A DNA stretch of 64,000 nt from an uncultured Anaerolineales bacterium (GTDB taxonomy: Bacteria > Chloroflexota > Anaerolineae > CG2-30-64-16): the NCBI GenBank assembly GCA_964474695.1, contig CAYYTK010000017.1, positions 25,572-89,571 on the forward strand. Reading direction: 5' to 3'. A program made the position numbers and the translations under genes. The notes under the pieces were generated by a model. That model worked only from the letters and a program-made list of their open reading frames with translations. It did no database searches and was not told the origin of the DNA. Shown piece after piece: positions 9,991-19,243 of the stretch. Each line of letters begins with the position of its first letter. The stretch's first letter is position 1.

Positions 9991-10698
9991 GTGGACGATC
10001 TTCAGGTCTTCATTTGCTACAGTCACAAAGATGCCAAGTGGTTCGACGAAAGTAACGAGCGCTGTCTGATCCCCTGGCTGGAAGATATCCTGCGCGCCAG
10101 AGGCATCACGCTGTGGTTTGACCGCAGCGGACTGAAGGCCGGCGACCAGTACCGGAACGAGCTTATTGCAGGCATAGACCGCTCACGGATCGCGCTGCTG
10201 TTGGTCAGCTGGAACTTCCTCGCCTCGGACTTCATTCTGAAGACAGAACTGCCTCGCATCCAGGCGCGGGAAGACCAACACCTGATAACCGTGATTCCCG
10301 TGTTGCTTTCCCCTTGCGAGTGGAAGCAGTACCCACAGATCGAGAAGTACCAGATCCTGCCAGGCCAGCCAACACCGCTAGTCAATTACACCCGGAATGA
10401 CGTTGACTGGGAAGATGCCAAAAACCAGATTTTGACGGCCGTTCTTGCCAGAGCTGACGAAATCCGCCGAGCAGCGCCTCCATCCCCTGAAGAGCGACGG
10501 GAACTGCGCCAGCGGGAGCAGTGCGAACAGGAGGACCAAGCCTGGGAAACAAGGATGGAAAAGGACCAAGAGAGATGGGAACAGGAGGTTAGGATCGCCC
10601 AAGAGAAAGAGCAGGCAAACTGGGATGCGTGGCATGAGCGGGAACAGGCCAAATGGGACGCGTGGCGCCGGGAATTCTATGGGGATGACCACGAATAG
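9991..10698 (+). CDS. stand-alone TIR-domain protein with Trp/Glu-rich C-terminal tail
   Basis: GTG start preceded by GAGGAGG. TIR motifs: VFICYSHKDAKWF, ITLWFDRSGLKAGDQY, IALLLVSWNFLASDFILKTELPRI, VIPVLLSPCEW. The tail contains ANWDAWHEREQAKWDAWRRE. Confidence 0.8.
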   Translation: MDDLQVFICYSHKDAKWFDESNERCLIPWLEDILRARGITLWFDRSGLKAGDQYRNELIAGIDRSRIALLLVSWNFLASDFILKTELPRIQAREDQHLITVIPVLLSPCEWKQYPQIEKYQILPGQPTPLVNYTRNDVDWEDAKNQILTAVLARADEIRRAAPPSPEERRELRQREQCEQEDQAWETRMEKDQERWEQEVRIAQEKEQANWDAWHEREQAKWDAWRREFYGDDHE

Positions 10699-11031
10699 AT
10701 ACCACGACAGAACTGATGCTGCGGCAATGGCCTCCGGATTGCTGCGCACTCATGCCAGGTTGTTCGGCCGGAAGTACTGCCTCGCCGCGACCGGTGCCAC
10801 AAAACGAACACCTATCTTGGTAATCCAGGCGCTCGAGCAGGCGCACGACAGTGAAATGCGAGCCGGATTGCTGTTCCTGCGCGGCCAGGCACCGTAACCA
10901 AGAGAAACGCAGTCATCTGAGCCCCGCCACTTCTGTATCGATAGCCTGAGTTGCTCTGTTGTCATCAAGGCTGTGCTTCACCTGTGTACGCAGACATAAT
11001 GGCTTGACTTGCGACCGAGGAAGACTCCACT

Positions 11032-14000
11032 ATGACAGACCCGACCACTCCCGATTACCGTTACTGGGCCTTCATCAGCTACAGCAGCAAAGACGCCGTG
11101 CACGCCAGATGGCTGCACCGCGCCATCGAGACTTATGGCATTCCTGCTAAGCTGGTCGAGCATGGCCATACGACGCCGCTGGGCGAACCGGCCCCCAAGC
11201 AGTTCAAGCCGGTGTTCCGCGACCGTGACGAGCTGCCCGCTTCCGCCGACCTGGGAGAAGCTATTCAAGACGCCCTTGCCGCCTCGCGCTGCTTGATCGT
11301 GATCTGTTCACCCCATGCTGCAATTTCGCCATGGGTTAATCGGGAGATCGAGACCTTCATCGAGATGGGCCGGGGCGACCGCATCTTCGCGTATATCGTG
11401 GACGGCGAGCCGAACAGCGACGACGAGAGGGAGTGTTTTCCGCCCGTGCTCAGGCGGCCGGTCGAACCTTTAGCCGCGGATGCCCGCCAGTCAAAAGATG
11501 GGCGAAACGATGCCAAACTCAAGCTACTGGCCGGCATGCTCGGCGTGGGATTTGACGCGCTCAAGCAACGCGATACTCAGCGCCGGGTGCGCCGCCTCCA
11601 GGTAGTCGTTGCGGCAGTCCTTCTCCTTGCACTGGTTCTGAGTGGCCTGGCCTGGTACGCCAACGCAGCCCGGCTGCGAGCAGAGGCGGCTGAAGCCAAC
11701 GCGGTCAACGAGTCGTATGTCCGAGCGACAGCCGAGGCCCAGGCCGTATCTGAATCCCATGTTCGCGCAACAGCAGAAGCTAATGCAGTCACTGAGGCCC
11801 ATGCGCGCGCCACAGCCCAGGCCGTGGCGGAAGATGAGCGCAATCGCGCCGAAGACGAGGCTCGAATTGCGCGAGTGCGTGAGCTGGCAGCAAAATCGCA
11901 GGCGGTCATCGAAAGCCAACCGCAGCACAGCCTGCTGCTTGGAATCGAGGCCGTTCAACTCGGCGCACAGGCCACACAAGCGTTGACTGGGGCTAAGAAC
12001 AATCTCTATCAAGCACTCTCTAGGATTGGCGGCCTTGGCTTGAGTGGCCACCGCAATTGGACTTGGCGGATGGCCTTCAGCTTGAACAGTCAGCGTTTGG
12101 TTACGGGCGGCCAGGATGGCACTGCACGCGTATGGGACATGACGGAGTCACCTATCCCACGTAATACCAGGGTTTACCAGACAAGGAATTCGATTACGTC
12201 GGTGGCCGTCAGCCCGGATGGTCGATGGCTGGCTGCCGCAGACGGAGACTTGGGACTCAATCCCTACTTGGTTGGTGATCTGGGTGGACTGGACACGCTT
12301 TTTCAGAGACGGGATCGTCAAGTGCAAGGCGCAGTCGACCGAAGCCGCGATACTGCCGTCTACTTGTGGGATCTCAATGCGCCTGACGACCGCCCTCCCA
12401 TCGTCCTTGGGGGCTACGACCACATAATCCACGCACTTGCTTTCAGCCCGGACAATCGCTGGTTGGCTACCGGCAACTACGACGCCACTGTGCGTCTGTG
12501 GAGTCTGGAAGCTCTTACGACCACGCAACCAATCATCCTGCATGGTCACGAATGGGATGTGTTGTCAATCGCCTTCAGCCCAGATGGGCGGCGGTTAGTT
12601 ACTGGCAGCGCTGACAACACAGCTCGCGTGTGGGACCTTTCCGTACCCGAGCCAGATAAGACCTCGATCGTGCTTGCTGGCCACACTGATCAGATCCAGG
12701 CCATGGCGATGAGTTCTGATGGGCACTGGCTAGTTACCGGCAGTGAAGACAAAACGGCCCGCTTATGGGACTTGACTGCACCTGACCCAGCTTCAACATC
12801 GGTGGTCATCGCACAACACAAGGCAACCGTTGCTGCAGTTGCTATCAGTCCAGATAACCGATGGGTGGCAACGGGAGGCTTTGCCGAGGACAATACCGTA
12901 CACTTGGTGGATCTCGCGGCCAGTCAATCGATAACGGATTCGCTGGTGTTTCGGGGGCACGAACGGAGCGTCATAGGTCTTGCATTCAGCCCCGACAGTC
13001 ATTGGCTCGTGTCAGCAAGCCTGGACAGCACTCTGCGTGCCTGGAATATCACATCCCCAGATCCTGTGGCTTCGGTTCGCGTCATTCGCGGGCAAAACAG
13101 CGCAAACCGCGCCATTGCTGTTAGCCCAGACGGCCGCTGGCTTGTAGCCGGCAGTGAAGATGGCAACGTGCGCCGATGGGCCATGTCAACAATTACCGGC
13201 ACATCTGTATTGGGCAATCCTGCTACCATCCCCCTGGCCTTGATGGGACACAAGGACAGGATCGTTGACCTGGCTGTCAGTCCGGATGGCCGTTGGTTGG
13301 CCACAGGCAGCAAGGAAGCCACGGCGCGGCTGTGGGATTTGCATTCGTTCTCGCCAGAATCTTTCTTTTCGACCGATGCTCTCCCCTCAATTGCGCTCGA
13401 AGGTCACCGGGACGAAGTATATAAACTCGCGTTCAGCGCTGACAGTCATTGGCTTGCGACCGCCAGCTTGGATGACACCGCGCGGCTGTGGGATCTGAAG
13501 GCAGCCAACCCGGCAGTCACCTCTCTACTTCTGGAGGGTCATGAGGGAGATATCAATGCTGTTGCGTTCAGCCCGGATGGCCATTGGCTTGTCACCGCCA
13601 GTGATGATCGAACTGCACGTCTATGGGATATCAGATCGACTAATCCAGCGGAGGACTATGTCGCTCTCACTGGTCATCAACTCCCAGTGCTCGTGGCAGA
13701 ATTCAGCAGCAACGGGCGCTGGCTGGCGACAGGTAGCATGGATGCTACAGCACGCCTCTGGGACATGTCCTTGGCAACTCCTGAAGCCAAGCCGATGGAA
13801 CTGACCGGTCACACCGATCATGTGATTGCGATGGCGTTTAGCCCAGACAATCACTGGTTGGCAACCGGCAGTGCGGACCACACCGCCCGTCTCTGGGACT
13901 TGACCAATCCAGAAAGCAGCACCCCGGTAGCGGTCCTGAGCGGCCACGTAGGCTATGTCACTACAGTCGCGTTCAGCCCTGATTGCCGTTGGCTGGTTAC

Positions 14001-15132
14001 CGGAGGAGCAGGATCCCTGGACCCTCTTCGCTTGTGGGACTTGACGTCCGAAGATCCTGCCGCTTCCCCCATTATCTTGCAGGGCCACAAGGCTTGGGTT
14101 TGGAATTCCGGGTTCACTCCTGATGGCCGTTGGCTGATCACCAGCAGTCTTGATGGGACAGTGCGCCTCTGGGACATGGCCACGGTTAACACCGATCCCT
14201 CATCGATTGTCCTTCTCGGCAAGCTGCCAGTGCTCGATCATGCCGTCAGTCCTGACGGACGTTGGCTGTTCACCGCAGACGAGCGTGGCGCAGCATTCAT
14301 CTGGCCTCTGCGGGTCGCAGATGTGGTGGAGCTGGCTTGTCTCACCGTTGGACGCAACATGAGCCTAACCGAATGGGAGCAGACCTTCTATGACAGCCCG
14401 TATCGGCTGACCTGCACTGACTTCCCGCTCCATCCCGCTCTTATTCAGCGGGCGCGATTGATTGCCGAGGGGGGCGATATGGCCAGAGCCATGTTGTACC
14501 TCAAGACCGCTTTGGAAATCGACCCCACTCTGGACCTGGAACCTGAGACAGAAGTGAAACGGTACACTGCGGAGGCCCTGCGGGAGGAAGGCGCACTCCT
14601 GGCGCAAACGGAGGGAGATGTGCAAGGGGCAACCGAGAAGTTTCGGCAGGCGCTTGAGCTGTACCCCGAGCTGGCTTTCGATGCGGAGGCAGAGGCTGGA
14701 CACTATGCTGCGCCGCATTTGCTGGATGAGGGGAGGCGTCTGGCAAGAGAGGGAGAAATGCTGGAAGCCTTGGCACTCTACGACAAGGCGCTGCAGCTAG
14801 ATCCTCACCTGATGATATCGGCCTCCTATTGGAATTATGTCTGCTGGTATGGGGGCCTATGGGACCAGGCGCAGGCAGTCATGGACGCCTGTGAGCGTGC
14901 CGTGGCCCTGAATCCGATCGACGGCAATATCCGAGATAGTCGTGGGCTTGTTAGGTCGCTGTTGGGACAGTATTCGGGAGCCATTGAGGACTTCCAGTAC
15001 TTCATCGCATGGCTGACAGAGAGAAACGGGAGCGCCAAAACAATCTCCCAGCGCGAAGCATGGGTTGCCACGTTGGAGGAAGGACGAAATCCTTTCGATG
15101 CGGCAACGCTCGAGGCGCTACGGGGTAAATAG
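11032..15132 (+). CDS. TIR - single TM - Ala/Glu-rich repeat - WD40 array - TPR protein
   Basis: TIR: YWAFISYSSKDAVHARWLHRAIETYGIP, CLIVICSPHAAISPWVNREIETF. Linker: PLAADARQSKDGRNDAKLKLLAGMLGVGFDALKQRD. TM: RRVRRLQVVVAAVLLLALVLSGLAWY. Many xxAFSPDxxWLxTGSxDxTARLWDL blades follow. C-terminus: ACLTVGRNMSLTEWEQTFYDSPYRLTC plus TPR-like helices. Confidence 0.9.
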   Translation: MTDPTTPDYRYWAFISYSSKDAVHARWLHRAIETYGIPAKLVEHGHTTPLGEPAPKQFKPVFRDRDELPASADLGEAIQDALAASRCLIVICSPHAAISPWVNREIETFIEMGRGDRIFAYIVDGEPNSDDERECFPPVLRRPVEPLAADARQSKDGRNDAKLKLLAGMLGVGFDALKQRDTQRRVRRLQVVVAAVLLLALVLSGLAWYANAARLRAEAAEANAVNESYVRATAEAQAVSESHVRATAEANAVTEAHARATAQAVAEDERNRAEDEARIARVRELAAKSQAVIESQPQHSLLLGIEAVQLGAQATQALTGAKNNLYQALSRIGGLGLSGHRNWTWRMAFSLNSQRLVTGGQDGTARVWDMTESPIPRNTRVYQTRNSITSVAVSPDGRWLAAADGDLGLNPYLVGDLGGLDTLFQRRDRQVQGAVDRSRDTAVYLWDLNAPDDRPPIVLGGYDHIIHALAFSPDNRWLATGNYDATVRLWSLEALTTTQPIILHGHEWDVLSIAFSPDGRRLVTGSADNTARVWDLSVPEPDKTSIVLAGHTDQIQAMAMSSDGHWLVTGSEDKTARLWDLTAPDPASTSVVIAQHKATVAAVAISPDNRWVATGGFAEDNTVHLVDLAASQSITDSLVFRGHERSVIGLAFSPDSHWLVSASLDSTLRAWNITSPDPVASVRVIRGQNSANRAIAVSPDGRWLVAGSEDGNVRRWAMSTITGTSVLGNPATIPLALMGHKDRIVDLAVSPDGRWLATGSKEATARLWDLHSFSPESFFSTDALPSIALEGHRDEVYKLAFSADSHWLATASLDDTARLWDLKAANPAVTSLLLEGHEGDINAVAFSPDGHWLVTASDDRTARLWDIRSTNPAEDYVALTGHQLPVLVAEFSSNGRWLATGSMDATARLWDMSLATPEAKPMELTGHTDHVIAMAFSPDNHWLATGSADHTARLWDLTNPESSTPVAVLSGHVGYVTTVAFSPDCRWLVTGGAGSLDPLRLWDLTSEDPAASPIILQGHKAWVWNSGFTPDGRWLITSSLDGTVRLWDMATVNTDPSSIVLLGKLPVLDHAVSPDGRWLFTADERGAAFIWPLRVADVVELACLTVGRNMSLTEWEQTFYDSPYRLTCTDFPLHPALIQRARLIAEGGDMARAMLYLKTALEIDPTLDLEPETEVKRYTAEALREEGALLAQTEGDVQGATEKFRQALELYPELAFDAEAEAGHYAAPHLLDEGRRLAREGEMLEALALYDKALQLDPHLMISASYWNYVCWYGGLWDQAQAVMDACERAVALNPIDGNIRDSRGLVRSLLGQYSGAIEDFQYFIAWLTERNGSAKTISQREAWVATLEEGRNPFDAATLEALRGK
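11689..11814 (+). repeat. 3 x 42-nt in-frame tandem repeat (AEANAVNESYVRAT / AEAQAVSESHVRAT / AEANAVTEAHARAT)
   Basis: Read from the translation and DNA. It lies immediately after the TM helix of the 11032 gene. Confidence 0.8.
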
Positions 15133-15253
15133 AGGTTGGCCGTACGCCGGGTTGCCTCGTCATTCACTTGTGCATCCCAGCCGACTACCTAAGCTACCGT
15201 GGGATAGAAGTCAGAAGTCGCCATTTGTCATCAAACCATAAGGTACCTACGCC

Positions 15254-18200
15254 ATGAGCGAGCAACCTGCCAGGGAGTACCGTTACTGGGCCTTCATCAG
15301 TTACAGCCACAAGGACGAGAAGCAGGCCAAGTGGCTGCACCGCGTCATCGAAAAATACGGTATTCCTATAAAGCAGCTTGAAAGAGGGCATCTCACCCCC
15401 GCGGGCGAGTCTGTGCCTAAGCGATTCTTCCCCGTCTTCCGCGACCGAGCCGAACTGCCGGCTTCCTCGGACTTAAGTGAGACAATCAGAGACGCCCTGG
15501 TGGCCTCGCGTTACCTGATCGTGATCTGCTCTCCGAATGCCGCACGATCCCAGTGGGTGAATCGGGAAGTGGAGACCTTCACCGAGTTGGGCCGCAGCGA
15601 CCGAATCTTCGCCTACATCGTGGATGGTGACACCGACTTGCGCAGATTCGTTAGGCGCTTTGTCCATTTGCTCACCCACATCTTCGCGCACACTACGAGC
15701 GTCGAAGTCGACAGCGGCGACGAGCAGGTGAACTTCCCGGACGCGCTGGAGGAGCAGGAGCCCCTGGCCGCCGATGCCCGCCGGCAAGGCGACGGCAGGA
15801 ATGATGCCAAGCTGAAGTTGCTGGCTGGTATGCTCGGCGTGGGGTTCGATGCGTTGAAGCAGCGTGACAAGCAGCAACAGGCCAAGCGATTCCGACTGAT
15901 AGCTGCCGTCGCGCTGGTACTCGTGATGGTCTTCTCTTTGCTGGCACTGTATGCCGAGTATCAGCGCCGCGAGAGCGAGGTCCAGGCCATGGGCCGCATG
16001 GCCATAGGATTCGCTGATCAGGCCAAGAAAGATGTCGCTGCATATCCCCAACGAAGCCTGCTCACTGCGATCGAGGCAGTCAGCTACTATTCCCAGAGGG
16101 CAGGCGAGACCGGGAGTTCGCCGGCTATGTCCTCCTTGCGTTACGTCCTTAACCGCACAGGGGGGCTAAGCCTGCCAGGCCACCAGGATGCGGTCGGGGT
16201 GACCGCGATCAGCCCGGACAGCCGATGGCTCCTGACCGGCGATGCCGGCGGGTTGGCCTTCATCTGGGATCTAAAAGCTGACGATCTGCGCGCAACGCGC
16301 ATGCAGTTGGCCGATCACCACGGACAGATAACCGCCGCGATGTTCACCCCTGACGGCAAACTGTTAGTCACCACCAGTGCAGATAGGCTCTACGGGTCCG
16401 GCCACGTCCGCATCTGGGTCATTGGGGACGGTGGGGTATCCCCTTCGCCAACCTTTGTATCAGCAAGAGGTGCTGGAAGCCTCGCTGCAGCGGTGAGTCC
16501 CGACAGCAAATGGCTGGTCACTTCAGACGGCGACTATCTCGTGAAGCTCTGGGATTTACGCAACTTTAGCTCCCCGCCGGTCACTTTACTGGCCAGGTCC
16601 AACGTAGTCAAGTCGATAGCATTCAGTCGCGACGGTCACTGGCTTGCAGCCGCCAGCCGCAATGGAAAGGCGTATTTATGGCGGGTCGGGACATTAGGAC
16701 CCTCTGAGACGCCTCTGGTCCTGCGTGGCCACGAGGACTGGGTGAACGCCGTGGCTTTCAGCGCGAACAGCGAATGGCTGTTTACTGGCAGTGGACAGTG
16801 GCAGGTGTGGCCTAACACCGTGACCGGAGCGGCTGCGAAGGATAACTCGCTCGTCGCCTGGAACCTCACAGCAGACAATCCGGCGGGAGCCGGAACGCTG
16901 ATGGGGAAGCTCGATTCGCCGGTGATACAGCTTGTCGTCAGCGATTCAGGCATGGGCCTGATCAGCGTGGGACTGGGCGCTGTCCGGGTCTGGCAACAAT
17001 CGGAACTCAATCACGCTGTGGTCCAGCAGCAGGGGGAGGTGCTGAAGGAATCGGCCGGCGTCGCCGCGTTTAGTCTTCACTCCGATTGGCTGGTCGTCGG
17101 CGACTCCCTCTGGGAGCCTCGTTCAGGATCATATGGTTACGGCAGGTATCTGAAGCTCGATGGCCACGAGGGAGCCATCCTGAATGTCGCCTTCAGCCCC
17201 GACGGGCGGTGGCTCGTCACAGCCGGAGCCGATGGTCTGCCTCGCCTGTGGAATCTCCACCGCATTGGGCTAGAAAATAAAGCGCAGGCTACTCCCCTCA
17301 GTTTTCAATCTCCTTTAGGTTGGTATCACCAGGCGGCCTTCAGCCCTGATGGCCGGTGGTTGGCATTGAACTTCGCAACTGACGGAACTCGCGAATGGGG
17401 CAAGATCAAGTATGGGCCCAAAAGCGCCTTCGCTGTGTACTTGTGGGGCGTAAATGACCTTGTGAACGGCTACAGCCCGAACTACCTCATAGGCCACAAC
17501 GCAGCTGTTGAATATCTCGCATTCAGCGGAAACGGACGATGGTTGACCACTTTGGACCGGAACAGAGAGATACTTTTGTGGGATATGCTGCAGGTACAAT
17601 CTGGTCCCTTCAAAGTACCCGGGATGGATCCTATAGTGTCGCTGGCGCTGAGTAGCGACGGTCGGTGGTTAGCCGCGCTAGGCGATCGAACAAAAACAGT
17701 GAGTCTCTGGAATCTGGACAGAGCGCCGGAAGCGATTCCTTCGCCCGTCGTACTTCGGGGCCATACGGAAAACGTCAACTCCATCGCCTTCAGCCCCGAC
17801 AGCCGGTGGCTCCTCACCGGAAGCGACGACAACACGGCGCGTCTTTGGGATCTGGCATCCGCAACCACGGTAGGGAATCCAATCGTGTTAGCCGGTCATA
17901 ACGGTGATGTAAGGCAGGTGTTAGTTACCCCCGATGGGAAGTGGGCGGTAACGAGCAGCTATGACCACACGGTCCGACGTTGGGATTTGCAGTCTATCAA
18001 CCCAGGCAGTGAATCTCACCCATACTCCGGATATCAGCAGTGGGATGTGCTATTGGGGGCAAGCTCAGATGGACACTGGCTGGTCACGGTGGACGGCAGC
18101 AATCCGGTCCTCTGGAACCTGTGGCGCAAGCAGGCGGACGCGATTGTCCTGACCGGACATACGGCTGCCGTGAATGCCATAGACATCAGCCCGGACAGCC

Positions 18201-19093
18201 GGTGGCTGATCTCGGGAGATCAGGTGGGAGAGGCGTTCATTTGGGATCTCCATAGTCCTCAGAGTAGCCCGGCCTTCTTTTCGAATTCCGGTCATGCGAT
18301 AGAGGTTGTGCGGGTTAGCGGTGATGGACGCTACGTGCTTGTGGTAGACACATCGGGTCTTGCTTCACTGATACTTCTGCGAACGGACGACTTGGTCACA
18401 CTTGCGTGTCAGGTCGTGGGACGAAACTTCACCGCCTCGGAGTGGAATGACTTCTTCCCTTTGCGTGCCTATCGTCCCACCTGCCCGGACTTGCCGCTCC
18501 CCCTGGGTCTGGTCGAGCCGATACTGGATGAGGCCAAACAACTTGCCGAGGCGGGTGACGTAGCGAAAGCCACCGCCAAGTTCCAGGCGGCAAAGACGAA
18601 AATCCCGACCTTGAATCTGGATCCCTCCGCCGAAGCAGAACGGCTTGCTATTGGAGCAAAGATAGAAGGCCTGGTCAAACAAGACCAGACCCAGGAAGCG
18701 CTCGACTTGTTTCTTGCGGAACGGGCTAGGGAGGGGGCGCCTGTGCTCTCGATGGACGCCATGGCGTCACTCTGCGTGTTCGGGAGCTATGCATCCCCGG
18801 TGGAAACAAAGGAAATCTGCAGCGAAGTCATCCGGAGGGATGACGTCCCGACGCATGGCGTCCGCCCCATGGGATTCGCGCTTTTCGGAAGGGGTATCAC
18901 ACGCATCGCCGCACACGACTATTCAGGCGCGGTTGAGGATTTCACCTCCATTACAAAAGGGCTGAATGGATTGGAGGGTTACGACGAGTTCCGGTCCGAG
19001 CTTGGCGTGGACCTGGATGCATGGATTGCCGATCTGAATGCCGGGCGGATTCCGCCGGATGCGCCTTCTCGCCGATCCTACAGCCGGCGCTGA
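15254..19093 (+). CDS. TIR - single TM - WD40/beta-propeller protein (paralog of the preceding gene)
   Basis: TIR: YWAFISYSHKDEKQAKWLHRVIEKYGIP, YLIVICSPNAARSQWVNREVETF. It has the same linker, PLAADARRQGDGRNDAKLKLLAGMLGVGFDALKQRD. TM: KRFRLIAAVALVLVMVFSLLALY. The WD40-like blades are degenerate. C-terminus: ACQVVGRNFTASEWNDFFPLRAYRPTC. Confidence 0.9.
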   Translation: MSEQPAREYRYWAFISYSHKDEKQAKWLHRVIEKYGIPIKQLERGHLTPAGESVPKRFFPVFRDRAELPASSDLSETIRDALVASRYLIVICSPNAARSQWVNREVETFTELGRSDRIFAYIVDGDTDLRRFVRRFVHLLTHIFAHTTSVEVDSGDEQVNFPDALEEQEPLAADARRQGDGRNDAKLKLLAGMLGVGFDALKQRDKQQQAKRFRLIAAVALVLVMVFSLLALYAEYQRRESEVQAMGRMAIGFADQAKKDVAAYPQRSLLTAIEAVSYYSQRAGETGSSPAMSSLRYVLNRTGGLSLPGHQDAVGVTAISPDSRWLLTGDAGGLAFIWDLKADDLRATRMQLADHHGQITAAMFTPDGKLLVTTSADRLYGSGHVRIWVIGDGGVSPSPTFVSARGAGSLAAAVSPDSKWLVTSDGDYLVKLWDLRNFSSPPVTLLARSNVVKSIAFSRDGHWLAAASRNGKAYLWRVGTLGPSETPLVLRGHEDWVNAVAFSANSEWLFTGSGQWQVWPNTVTGAAAKDNSLVAWNLTADNPAGAGTLMGKLDSPVIQLVVSDSGMGLISVGLGAVRVWQQSELNHAVVQQQGEVLKESAGVAAFSLHSDWLVVGDSLWEPRSGSYGYGRYLKLDGHEGAILNVAFSPDGRWLVTAGADGLPRLWNLHRIGLENKAQATPLSFQSPLGWYHQAAFSPDGRWLALNFATDGTREWGKIKYGPKSAFAVYLWGVNDLVNGYSPNYLIGHNAAVEYLAFSGNGRWLTTLDRNREILLWDMLQVQSGPFKVPGMDPIVSLALSSDGRWLAALGDRTKTVSLWNLDRAPEAIPSPVVLRGHTENVNSIAFSPDSRWLLTGSDDNTARLWDLASATTVGNPIVLAGHNGDVRQVLVTPDGKWAVTSSYDHTVRRWDLQSINPGSESHPYSGYQQWDVLLGASSDGHWLVTVDGSNPVLWNLWRKQADAIVLTGHTAAVNAIDISPDSRWLISGDQVGEAFIWDLHSPQSSPAFFSNSGHAIEVVRVSGDGRYVLVVDTSGLASLILLRTDDLVTLACQVVGRNFTASEWNDFFPLRAYRPTCPDLPLPLGLVEPILDEAKQLAEAGDVAKATAKFQAAKTKIPTLNLDPSAEAERLAIGAKIEGLVKQDQTQEALDLFLAERAREGAPVLSMDAMASLCVFGSYASPVETKEICSEVIRRDDVPTHGVRPMGFALFGRGITRIAAHDYSGAVEDFTSITKGLNGLEGYDEFRSELGVDLDAWIADLNAGRIPPDAPSRRSYSRR

Positions 19094-19243
19094 GTAGATG
19101 CGCAGGGACATAGAGCACAGGATTGACGTCCGGTAAGCGTACCTTGAGAGAGCGAACCATGGGAACAACCGGCAGACCCTTCCGCATCGAGCGTTTCCAG
19201 GCGATTGACCTGCGCTGGGGCGTGAGCGAGAAGGAGGCGCATA

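Noticed and set aside
10699-11031. A 333-nt gap between the stand-alone TIR gene and the first TIR-WD40 gene, with overlapping short ORFs on both strands (10445-10897+, 10589-10846-, 10750-10968-). I considered a gene remnant or sRNA.
   Set aside because: None of the translations shows a recognisable motif or RBS, and I could not identify a promoter/terminator pair or conserved structure. I leave it unannotated.
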